Assembly: GCA_964629455.1 (NCBI GenBank)
Contig: CAZVSN010000002.1
Coordinates: 1 to 33,029 of the forward strand
DNA length: 33,029 bases
Origin: an uncultured Micavibrio sp.
GTDB taxonomy: Bacteria; Pseudomonadota; Alphaproteobacteria; Micavibrionales; Micavibrionaceae
Direction: 5' to 3'
How positions within the stretch are numbered: position 1 is the first letter of the stretch; the number at the start of each line of letters is the position of its first letter. The notes under the pieces are model-generated. The model was given only the letters and a program-made list of their open reading frames with translations, ran no database searches and was not told where the DNA came from. Of this stretch, positions 19,698 to 27,544 are shown piece by piece. A program made the translations under genes and the position numbers.

Positions 19698-21080
19698 TTG
19701 ATTTTGCCATCTTATTTCTTTTGTGGCATCGGGGGGAGCGGAATGCTCCCTCTTGCTTTAATATGTAACGGGCAGGGGATGCGTATTGTCGGCTCCGACC
19801 GCGGGCATGATCAGGGACGCACGCCTGAGAAGTTTTCCTATCTGGAACGGCAGGGGATTCGTGTTGTCCCTCAAGATGGCCTGGGATTGACCACAGATTT
19901 TGATGCGCTGGTTATATCCAGTGCGGTAGAAGACACAATCCCAGAGGTAAAACGTGCCAAGGAATTGGGCGTGCCCATTTTGAAACGTGCGGAATTACTC
20001 GCCAGTCTTTTTGATGCGGCCACTATCCGCGTTGGAATAGGTGGAACAAGTGGTAAGTCCACCACGACAGGGATGCTGGCGTGGATATTAGAAGATTGCG
20101 GCAAGCGCCCAACAGTGATGAACGGGGCAAATTTTCTGAATTTTGTATCGGCTGATACCCCCTTTGCCTCGGCATTGGTAGGGGGAAAAGACCTGTTTGT
20201 GACCGAATGCGATGAAAGTGACGGGTCAATTGTCCTCTATCACCCGACCATTGCTGTCCTGAATAACATCGCGCTTGACCATAAACCAGTGGCGGAATTG
20301 ATCCCCGTTTTTGACCAATTTTTGGCGCAGTCGGATACACAGGTTTTAAACATCGATAATGACGCAGTCGCGAGTATGGCGGCGGGCTATGCCGCTACCG
20401 CAATGACGGTTGGCATCACCCATAAAAATGCGCGGCTACAGGCCTCCTCCCTGATACCCTCCCCCGATGGAATATCCGCAGAAATCTGCGATACACAGAC
20501 TGGTGAGAGGGGGGTAATTTCGCTCAAAGTGATTGGTCGTCACAACGTTGAAAATGCCCTCTGTGCCATTGGTGCCGCTCTGCTTTCGGGGGTCAGTTTG
20601 GCAGATTCTTGTCGCGCATTATCGGGATTTTTGGGGGTTGGCCGTAGGTTGCAGACTGTTAAAAATACAAATAATATCAGTGTGATAGATGATTTTGCTC
20701 ATAATCCAGATAAAATACGCGCCTCACTTCATTCATTAAACGAGTTTTCTGGGCGTTTGCTGGTTATGTTTCAAATGCACGGATATGGGCCATTCCGCCT
20801 GATGAAGGATGAATTGATGGCGGCCTTTGTGGACGGGATGAAGGCAGGGGATATCCTCTATATGCCAGACGTGCTTTATATGGGTGGTACAGTCGATAAA
20901 TCTTATAATTCTCAAATGTTTATCGATGAATGCTCAAGTAAAGGTTTAAAGGCAATTTATATCCCGAACCGTGCCGATATCGCCCCCGCCTTACGGGCAG
21001 AGGCCAAGGCGGGCGACCGCATCGTCATCATGGGTGCGCGCGACGACACGTTGACCGAATTTGCCAAGTCGATTTTATAA
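19698..21080 (+). CDS. Mur ligase family protein (MurC/Mpl-like paralog outside a dcw cluster)
   Basis: N-terminal GIGGSGM Rossmann motif, Mur-ligase P-loop GIGGTSGKSTTTGMLAWIL, and DDFAHNP in the C-domain. No in-frame ATG lies upstream of the first motif. TTG 19698 and TTG 19704 are both candidate starts, and the SD AGGGGAGG (19689-19696) favours 19704. Confidence 0.85.
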   Translation: MILPSYFFCGIGGSGMLPLALICNGQGMRIVGSDRGHDQGRTPEKFSYLERQGIRVVPQDGLGLTTDFDALVISSAVEDTIPEVKRAKELGVPILKRAELLASLFDAATIRVGIGGTSGKSTTTGMLAWILEDCGKRPTVMNGANFLNFVSADTPFASALVGGKDLFVTECDESDGSIVLYHPTIAVLNNIALDHKPVAELIPVFDQFLAQSDTQVLNIDNDAVASMAAGYAATAMTVGITHKNARLQASSLIPSPDGISAEICDTQTGERGVISLKVIGRHNVENALCAIGAALLSGVSLADSCRALSGFLGVGRRLQTVKNTNNISVIDDFAHNPDKIRASLHSLNEFSGRLLVMFQMHGYGPFRLMKDELMAAFVDGMKAGDILYMPDVLYMGGTVDKSYNSQMFIDECSSKGLKAIYIPNRADIAPALRAEAKAGDRIVIMGARDDTLTEFAKSIL

Positions 21081-21127
21081 GTGATTTTCATATTATATTG
21101 AAATAATCACATATTTTATGCTATCAT

Positions 21128-21151
21128 CCTCTATAATAAAGATTATAGAGG
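21128..21151 (+). promoter_or_regulatory. perfect 9-bp inverted repeat overlapping a TATAAT box and the SD of the 21162 gene
   Basis: CCTCTATAA (21128-21136) / TTATAGAGG (21143-21151) with a 6-nt loop. The left arm contains TATAAT (21132-21137). The right arm contains the only SD-like element (GAGGG) about 10 nt before the ATG at 21162. Confidence 0.4.
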
Positions 21152-21161
21152 GATAACAACA

Positions 21162-21593
21162 ATGATTAATTTAGAAGAAAGCTTTACAAGCCAATCCGCC
21201 GAATGGCCATCTGATAGAAAAGCGGCTCATATTTTGGCTGCATGGGGATTGGGCCTTATTGATAATAACAAGAACCTTAAAACCCCACATATTATTTTTG
21301 CAACCATGCTTTCCGATCCATATAACCTTAAGCCTGCCAGTGAATTGGATACAAAAACCTATGCCGCAATGCCCGCACCAGAAAAACTGAATGCACTCGC
21401 TCTTGAGGATATTTTAAGAACAAAAAAAATTGGTATAGAGCTATGTTTAGAATTAAATCACTATGCAGAGTTTGGGGATGTGCTGGAAAATGGCCCAATG
21501 GCTTCTAAGGTTTTAAATTCAGGATATTCAAAGACTTCTGATGAATCTTTGTTGAATAAAACAAAAGGACTTTTGCACGCTGTATTTAGATGA
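21162..21593 (+). CDS. hypothetical protein (orphan, no recognised motif)
   Basis: 143-aa ORF with an SD-like GAGGG upstream and a GC-rich terminator downstream. I recognise no family signature. Confidence 0.6.
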   Translation: MINLEESFTSQSAEWPSDRKAAHILAAWGLGLIDNNKNLKTPHIIFATMLSDPYNLKPASELDTKTYAAMPAPEKLNALALEDILRTKKIGIELCLELNHYAEFGDVLENGPMASKVLNSGYSKTSDESLLNKTKGLLHAVFR

Positions 21594-21632
21594 GAGTATC
21601 CATTATATTTCACTAATTGATAGGGTTTAAAC

Positions 21633-21667
21633 AGGGCGCAGGGCATATCCTCGCGCCCTTTGTATTT
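21633..21667 (+). terminator. intrinsic terminator after the 21162..21593 gene
   Basis: Stem AGGGCGC (21633-21639) / GCGCCCT (21653-21659), extended by AGG/CCT with one bulge, followed by TTGTATTT. Confidence 0.7.
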
Positions 21668-21736
21668 ACATATAATTAATAAATATGACATAAAATAATA
21701 ATAATTTTAAACAAATAAGGATAGATTGGTGCTGTT

Positions 21737-22120
21737 ATGGTGAATGAATATAAACTGCAAGCAGATGAATATTTAAAGAAAAATGGGATCGAAAAAACAC
21801 AGGAACTGGATAGCAATGCAACAGCAAATGTAGACAACGAATCTATACGATTAGGGTTACAAACACTTGACGTACGACTAGAACCTACACCAAAAGGCTG
21901 CGAAATTTTAAAAGAAAATATGGCTAGCTATAATACAGCCTTAGCCATGAAGGCAGGAACCATGGAAACCTTGCATGAAAATAAAGCAAGTTTTGGGTGG
22001 ATGTCATCTGAGAGTGTTAATGTGAAAAATGAATTAGCTGAATCGGCCAATGAAGTCGCCAAAGAAAAATGCGGTTCTAACTATGGGGCAGCTTTAATTA
22101 AACAGGATTTCAAATTCTAA
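21737..22120 (+). CDS. hypothetical protein (orphan)
   Basis: 127-aa ORF with only a weak SD (GGTG 5 nt upstream). Its stop overlaps the stop of the convergent 22117..22374 gene (CTAA). No recognised motif. Confidence 0.5.
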   Translation: MVNEYKLQADEYLKKNGIEKTQELDSNATANVDNESIRLGLQTLDVRLEPTPKGCEILKENMASYNTALAMKAGTMETLHENKASFGWMSSESVNVKNELAESANEVAKEKCGSNYGAALIKQDFKF

Positions 22121-22374
22121 ATATCCGTCAGATCGACAAGGGAACCAAGATTACGATTGGCAGGGCGCAGGACAACAGTACTGCGCTCTTGCTTTTCAGC
22201 ATCTTTCAAGAAATTGGCAAAAGATTTGCGGTTTTCGTTGTCGGTGCCCTGGGCCGCAGAGGTTGCCTTAATTGCACGGAAATTGGATGAATAGATCCAT
22301 TTATCGAATTCACCGTTTTTTGATGAATCGATTGAGTTGATGCGTGTATTGGAATACCCGATGATGGGTGCCAT
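22117..22374 (-). CDS. small hypothetical protein (85 aa)
   Basis: A strong SD GAGGA lies 7 nt upstream of the ATG. The base composition resembles the core genes. The gene is co-directional with mazG, which ends 73 nt upstream. No recognised motif. Confidence 0.65.
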   Translation of the reverse strand: MAPIIGYSNTRINSIDSSKNGEFDKWIYSSNFRAIKATSAAQGTDNENRKSFANFLKDAEKQERSTVVLRPANRNLGSLVDLTDI

Positions 22375-22447
22375 AACGATGTCCTCATAATTTTAATGTA
22401 TGAGAACTATATAGACCCCTGTGGATAAGTTGTCAAGGAATTGTTAA

Positions 22448-23245
22448 CTATTTGTTAATTTTTGTCTTCTGCATCTGCCACAACTCATCCCATTCCGCAT
22501 AGGTGAGGGTGTTTATATCTTTATTTTTTAGTTTAATTTCATGTTCCATGCCACTGAAACGATTGTAAAATTTGTTATTTGCCTTACGGAGGGTTTCCTC
22601 AGAATCTAGGTCAAGCCAGCGCGCCAATTGGACAACAGTAAAGAACACATCGCCCAGTTCTTCTTCCTGTTTTTTGATGTCGCCTGCATTGACCTCGACA
22701 CGAAATTCTTCCAATTCCTCGATAATTTTGTCGATAACCTCGTTGATATTCCCCCATTCAAAACCGACTTTGGCGGCGCGTTTGGCGATTTTTTGGGCGC
22801 GGATAAGGGCAGGGAACGCAACAGGAACATCATCCAGAATGGATGTTTTCGGGCGCGATGCTTTTTCTTCGGTATCCTTGACCGACTGCCAGATGTTCAT
22901 GACATCTGCCGCGTTTTTTGCGTCAGCATCGCCAAAGACATGCGGGTGGCGTGATACCAATTTATGGGTGAGTGTTGCAACAACATCGTCAAAGGTGAAT
23001 AGGTTTTGCTCAGATGCCATTTGCGAATGAAATACGACCTGTAACAACAAATCGCCAAGTTCTTCTTTTAAATCGCCCATATGATTGCGGTCAATGGCAT
23101 CCACAACTTCATAGGCTTCTTCGATGGCGCATTTGGCGATGGATTGGAAATCTTGTTCGATATCCCACGGACAACCCGTTTCTTTATCACGCAGCCGCGC
23201 CATAATAGAAAGGAGTTGGTGAATAGGGGCATTAGATTGAGTCAT
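22448..23245 (-). CDS. mazG: nucleoside triphosphate pyrophosphohydrolase MazG (two-domain type)
   Basis: 265 aa with RLRDKETGCPWDIEQDF near the N-terminus and two MazG repeats carrying EExxE/ELGD motifs (EEAYEVVDAI...ELGDLLLQV and EELEEF...ELGDVFFTV). Confidence 0.95.
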   Translation of the reverse strand: MTQSNAPIHQLLSIMARLRDKETGCPWDIEQDFQSIAKCAIEEAYEVVDAIDRNHMGDLKEELGDLLLQVVFHSQMASEQNLFTFDDVVATLTHKLVSRHPHVFGDADAKNAADVMNIWQSVKDTEEKASRPKTSILDDVPVAFPALIRAQKIAKRAAKVGFEWGNINEVIDKIIEELEEFRVEVNAGDIKKQEEELGDVFFTVVQLARWLDLDSEETLRKANNKFYNRFSGMEHEIKLKNKDINTLTYAEWDELWQMQKTKINK

Positions 23246-23726
23246 TGATATAGTCCATTGCGTCTGTCAAATCGCCTTTTACCAGCTTATGCAGACCATG
23301 AATAAGCATCAGATTCAAGGGTAAAGAAAAGTCCTCAATCATAAAGCCGTTCTTATCCACGAATTGATGGTGTGTACCCGTTATTTTCTCTACGATGGGG
23401 GCATGGTTATCACAGTAACCAATGACAATTTTTTGAAGTCCAGCAGCAAAGCCGATTTCCCAGACAGTGCCTGAATCTGGTTCAAATCCTCTGAATTCAT
23501 TCAGATTGGCCAGTACAATATCTGCTTGGCGGATCATGTCCACATTGGCCTGAAAAATGGCATGAGATAGATTTTCTTGGTTCTTTGGAAATGCATTGTC
23601 CAATGGAAATAAAGGAATATGTCCGTATGAACTGACAATCGTTGATAAATTTTTTCCGTGTGTAACAGCATCAGGCATAAATACGTCAGGGCCAGCCAGA
23701 TAGATTTTATAGGTTTTTTTGATCAT
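23232..23726 (-). CDS. nucleoside 2-deoxyribosyltransferase family protein
   Basis: 164 aa with the N-terminal IYLAGPDVF motif and the DSGTVWEIGFA motif containing the family's catalytic Glu. Its stop overlaps the mazG start by 14 nt. Confidence 0.85.
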   Translation of the reverse strand: MIKKTYKIYLAGPDVFMPDAVTHGKNLSTIVSSYGHIPLFPLDNAFPKNQENLSHAIFQANVDMIRQADIVLANLNEFRGFEPDSGTVWEIGFAAGLQKIVIGYCDNHAPIVEKITGTHHQFVDKNGFMIEDFSLPLNLMLIHGLHKLVKGDLTDAMDYINDSI

Positions 23727-23792
23727 CAGGGGGCCTTAAATAATGGCTGATAATAATGTGATAATGTATATTATGGTAAATAAAAGCTTATT

Positions 23793-24155
23793 TTAGAAAG
23801 AGGGGGTGTGTTTGGGGTTTGGGCTCATATGGTTGTCGTTTTTAAAGGATAGCACCAAATTGGGCTTTTTCAGATCCGTGCGCACAATCAGCAGGTTGAG
23901 ATTTTCACCAGAGGCTTTGATGTTGTTGTAAATAGATCTGATTTCCTTAGTTAATGTGCGTTCATGATATCTTTGAAAACTCCAAGATTCTGGATGCGCC
24001 GATGAATTATAAATGGTTGCAATTGTGTGATTGTTTTCGGTGATTTTAAGGTGAACGCCTGCGCCGACACTATCCAGAGGTCCGGTTATCCCTCTGCAAA
24101 ACTCGTTGAAAGTCAGGCTGGTTTTTATTGGTGATACTTGTTTTGAGGCTTTCAT
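23793..24155 (-). CDS. small Phd/YefM-like protein, paralog C of a tandem triplet
   Basis: The N-terminus LTFNEFCRGITGPLDSVGAGVHLKITENNHTIATIYN aligns with paralogs A and B and with the Phd/YefM N-domain pattern. The ATG at 24155 follows a GGGGGGA run. The ORF-track GTG at 24167 is an alternative start. Confidence 0.65.
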   Translation of the reverse strand: MKASKQVSPIKTSLTFNEFCRGITGPLDSVGAGVHLKITENNHTIATIYNSSAHPESWSFQRYHERTLTKEIRSIYNNIKASGENLNLLIVRTDLKKPNLVLSFKNDNHMSPNPKHTPSF

Positions 24156-24171
24156 AAATCCCCCCACAGGT

Positions 24172-24474
24172 TTAATTCAGCTGTGATGATATCACAATCG
24201 GTGGTTTTTCAAACCTGTTGATTTGAATTGGAGATGATTCAGGTTTTTCAATTTTTTGGAAAACTTCAAAAAAATTCCGGCGCAAATAAACCTCATCATA
24301 TTGTGCTTTAATCTGAACATCAGACTCTGCTGCGATTTTAAACAGATACGCAATCGGATGGCGTTTTTCAGTGACTTCAATCACTTTTCCTTTATCGATC
24401 AAGCTCAAAACCCAATCAAAGTTCTTTCTTAATTCAGAGAATGATGTTGTTGATGTAACTATCTTTTTTGACAT
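24172..24474 (-). CDS. small Phd/YefM-like protein, paralog B of a tandem triplet
   Basis: TSFSELRKNFDWVLSLIDKGKVIEVTEKRHPIAYLFK is the closest of the three to the classical antitoxin pattern (s-F-sE-h-R-x-N-h...G-x-h-h-h-T-x-x-x-x-P-h-A-h-h). It lies 10 nt after paralog A and 16 nt before paralog C. Confidence 0.65.
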   Translation of the reverse strand: MSKKIVTSTTSFSELRKNFDWVLSLIDKGKVIEVTEKRHPIAYLFKIAAESDVQIKAQYDEVYLRRNFFEVFQKIEKPESSPIQINRFEKPPIVISSQLN

Positions 24475-24484
24475 TTTTTACCAA

Positions 24485-24817
24485 TTATTTTGTAGGGACA
24501 AATGATAAAGTGAAAGAGTCTTTTGGGTTTTTTCTTAGGTGAACCCGCAGATCTTTTTCCTGCCCAGATTGTTGGAATTGGCGACGCATTGCCATCAAAT
24601 TTTGAGCCGTAGTAACTTCTGAATAAGATGTTTGATTGGCTGATGGATAGCTACCTTGATGTGGATTATATTTCAAAACTGCAATCGTGGCATCATTATA
24701 GGTCACCTCTAACGTGATGCCATTCTTAACTTGCCCTAATAAATCTCTTATTCCTGAACTAAACTTGTTAAAAGGAACTTTGAGAATTTGTTCTTGATTT
24801 GAATTTTTGTTTGCCAT
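24485..24817 (-). CDS. small Phd/YefM-like protein, paralog A of a tandem triplet
   Basis: VPFNKFSSGIRDLLGQVKNGITLEVTYNDATIAVLKYN. AGGTG lies 7 nt upstream of the ATG, and a TTGACA hexamer (minus strand, 24879-24884) sits in the 79-nt upstream spacer. Confidence 0.65.
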   Translation of the reverse strand: MANKNSNQEQILKVPFNKFSSGIRDLLGQVKNGITLEVTYNDATIAVLKYNPHQGSYPSANQTSYSEVTTAQNLMAMRRQFQQSGQEKDLRVHLRKNPKDSFTLSFVPTK

Positions 24818-24896
24818 TGGAAAACACCTATCTTTGCCGCCATTATCTTAAGCAGCTTATTTCATGATGGTATTCTTATGTCAACAAATAATAGGG

Positions 24897-26465
24897 CTAT
24901 TCCGTTGATTTTCTGGTCATGGATACTTTGCCGATCCGTTTACCGTCCATTTGCAGGATTTTAATGCTCCAATTATTCCATTCCAATTCTTCATTCAGGG
25001 TTGGAATGCGGGCAAATTCATGCAGGATAAAGCCAGCCATAGTCGCAAAGTTACCGTCAGGTTCATAATCCAGCCCCGTTTGATTTTGAACGTCGTAAAT
25101 CGATGCCATGCCGTCCACGATAAATGACCCATCCGGTTGTTCAGATATTTCCAAATCAACTTTTTCATCATCGCTTTCGGGGAATTCCCCTGCCATGGCT
25201 TCCAATAAATCGTGGTGAGTTACAATCCCCTGAACGCCACCGAATTCATCAATAATCACTGCCATATCTGCACGGTGGTTTTTAAAGATTTCCAAAGCTT
25301 TGAGAACTGAGATGTTTTCATGAATGAACAAAGGCTCTTTCATGATTTTAGAAATAACAGGCATCCGGTTTTCATTGACCAAAGATGGAAGAAAATCTTC
25401 ACGATGAACAATACCCATAGCAGAATCGATATCGTCTTTTCCTACCAACAACTGCGACCGCGATGTTTCGACAATCTGATTTTTGATGCCTTCGTCGTTT
25501 TCGCCGATATCCAACCATTCAATGTCGGTGCGGGGGGTCATAATGGTATTGATGGGACGTTGAGAAAGATTGAGAACACCACGCAACAGGTTTTTCTCTG
25601 TCGGGCTCAATAAATCTTCTTGAGAAGCTTGATGGAGCAAGACCCCTATTTCCTGACTATTCTGGTGTTCATCCGAGTCACGCGCGCCCAAAACACGAAG
25701 CACCATATCTGCTGTACGTTCCCGCAAATCAGATGGTTCAGAGAACCTTTTTTTCAATTTTGCTTGTGCAAATTGGTTAAAGAATTCAATCAAGACAGAG
25801 AACCCGATAGCGGCATACAAATATCCTTTTGGAATATGTGCGCCAAATCCTTCTGCAACCAATGAGAAACCAACCATCAGCAAGAAACCAAGGCACAGCA
25901 TAACAACTGTGGGGTGTTCATTGACAAATTTAGTTAAAGGGGTACTGATAGATATCATAAGAAGGATGGAAATTGTTACGGCCAACATCATGACTTCAAG
26001 ATGATCGGACATTCCAACAGCCGTGATAACTGCATCAAGCGAGAAAACAGCATCAAGAACAATAATTTGTGTAACGACAACCCAGAACCCAGCTCTGTAC
26101 GCTGATTTCTTACCGCCATGACCACGACCTTCTAATCGTCCATGGATTTCACTCGTTGCTTTATACAGGAGGAATAAGCCCCCTATCAGCATAATCAGGT
26201 CGCGCCCCGAGAATGTTTTTCCCAATACATCAATCAAGGGCTCAGTAAGTGTTGCAAGCCATGAAATAGATGCGAGCAAAATAAAACGCATCCCCAAAGC
26301 AAGAAACAATCCTATTTTACAGGCCAAGCTTCTCTGATGAGCAGGAAGCTTTTGCGCAAGGATAGCAATAAAAACGAGATTATCTATGCCAAGAACAAGC
26401 TCTAGTAAGACCAGTGTAAAAAGCCCAGCAAGAATTGTCGGGTCTAAGAATATTGTCAAATCCAT
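24897..26465 (-). CDS. TerC-family membrane protein fused to a CBS pair and a CorC/HlyC transporter-associated domain
   Basis: 522 aa. The N-terminal TerC signature is [22 protein letters not shown], with about 7 TM segments. These are followed by CBS-type and CorC_HlyC-type C-terminal domains. Confidence 0.9.
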   Translation of the reverse strand: MDLTIFLDPTILAGLFTLVLLELVLGIDNLVFIAILAQKLPAHQRSLACKIGLFLALGMRFILLASISWLATLTEPLIDVLGKTFSGRDLIMLIGGLFLLYKATSEIHGRLEGRGHGGKKSAYRAGFWVVVTQIIVLDAVFSLDAVITAVGMSDHLEVMMLAVTISILLMISISTPLTKFVNEHPTVVMLCLGFLLMVGFSLVAEGFGAHIPKGYLYAAIGFSVLIEFFNQFAQAKLKKRFSEPSDLRERTADMVLRVLGARDSDEHQNSQEIGVLLHQASQEDLLSPTEKNLLRGVLNLSQRPINTIMTPRTDIEWLDIGENDEGIKNQIVETSRSQLLVGKDDIDSAMGIVHREDFLPSLVNENRMPVISKIMKEPLFIHENISVLKALEIFKNHRADMAVIIDEFGGVQGIVTHHDLLEAMAGEFPESDDEKVDLEISEQPDGSFIVDGMASIYDVQNQTGLDYEPDGNFATMAGFILHEFARIPTLNEELEWNNWSIKILQMDGKRIGKVSMTRKSTE

Positions 26466-26509
26466 TTTAAGTTCAGAATCCTTTATTTATTCCTGTTCTT
26501 TATAGCGGA

Positions 26510-27544
26510 TTAGGAGCGGAACAACAAACTGGAATCCCCATAGGAATAGAACCTATACCCATGATTTATGGCATATTGATAAGCGGATTTCATATTTTCC
26601 ACCCCCGCAAAGGCACAAACCAACATGAATAATGTGGATTTCGGCAGGTGGAAATTGGTCATTAAAATATCCACACATCGGAATTTGTATCCAGGGGTAA
26701 TAAAAATAGCCGTGTCCCCTGAAAACGGGTGGGTTATCCCCTGCTCGTCCGTTGCGGATTCCAATAAACGTAAAACCGTGGTTCCAACCGCAATCACGCG
26801 TTTGCCATTTTGATGGGTTTGATTAATCAGGTCGGACACATCTTTGGAAACTTCCCCCCATTCGGCGTGCATCACATGATCGTCTGTATCATCAACCTTC
26901 ATCGGTAAAAAAGTCCCCGCCCCGACATGAAGGGTTAAGCGCGCGGCATTTACACCTTTTGCATTTAATTTTTCGATAAGGTCATCGGTAAAATGAAGTG
27001 ATGCGGTTGGTGCAGCAACTGCGCCATCTTTTATTGCAAACATCGTTTGATAATCGTCTTTATCTTTATCATCTACGGCGCGTTTGGATGCAATATAGGG
27101 CGGCAAAGGCATCAGCCCGATTTCTGCCAACAAAGATTCCAATTGCCCTGCCGCGCAATCAAATGTCAGTAAAACTTCGCCACCGTCATGCTTTTCGGTG
27201 ATCGTTGCGTGTAACCGCCCTTCCCCGAATTCCAATCTGTCGCCAAGTTTCAATCGTTTTGATTTTTTGATAAAGGCTAGCCATTCAATGGGGGATACAC
27301 GTTTATGCAGATTGCATTCGGTTATCATTTCACCGCGTTTGGCAAATAAATATGACGGAATAACTTTTGTATCATTAAAGACTATCAAATCCCCTGCGTT
27401 TAGGTGAACCGCAAGATTTTCAACAACATTATCAGCAAGAGTGTTCCCCCTGACAATCAGTTGTTTGGCAGAATGGCGCGGAACTGCGGGGCGCAGCGCG
27501 ATGTTTTCGTCTGGCAATTCAAAATCAAATTCATCCACGCGCAT
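26510..27544 (-). CDS. queA: S-adenosylmethionine:tRNA ribosyltransferase-isomerase
   Basis: 344 aa with N-terminus MRVDEFDFELPDENIALRP and the motifs LHVGAGTF and GTTVLRLLES. Confidence 0.96.
   Translation of the reverse strand: MRVDEFDFELPDENIALRPAVPRHSAKQLIVRGNTLADNVVENLAVHLNAGDLIVFNDTKVIPSYLFAKRGEMITECNLHKRVSPIEWLAFIKKSKRLKLGDRLEFGEGRLHATITEKHDGGEVLLTFDCAAGQLESLLAEIGLMPLPPYIASKRAVDDKDKDDYQTMFAIKDGAVAAPTASLHFTDDLIEKLNAKGVNAARLTLHVGAGTFLPMKVDDTDDHVMHAEWGEVSKDVSDLINQTHQNGKRVIAVGTTVLRLLESATDEQGITHPFSGDTAIFITPGYKFRCVDILMTNFHLPKSTLFMLVCAFAGVENMKSAYQYAINHGYRFYSYGDSSLLFRS

Noticed and set aside
21081-21110. Imperfect AT-rich inverted repeat GTGATT..TTCA / TGAA..AATCAC right after the Mur-ligase stop
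   Set aside because: The stem is bulged and almost all A/T with no clear T-run. It is too weak to call a terminator with any confidence.
21461-21691. 76-aa minus-strand ORF
   Set aside because: It overlaps the 3' end of the 143-aa gene and reads straight through the GC-rich terminator hairpin at 21633-21659. It is most likely spurious.
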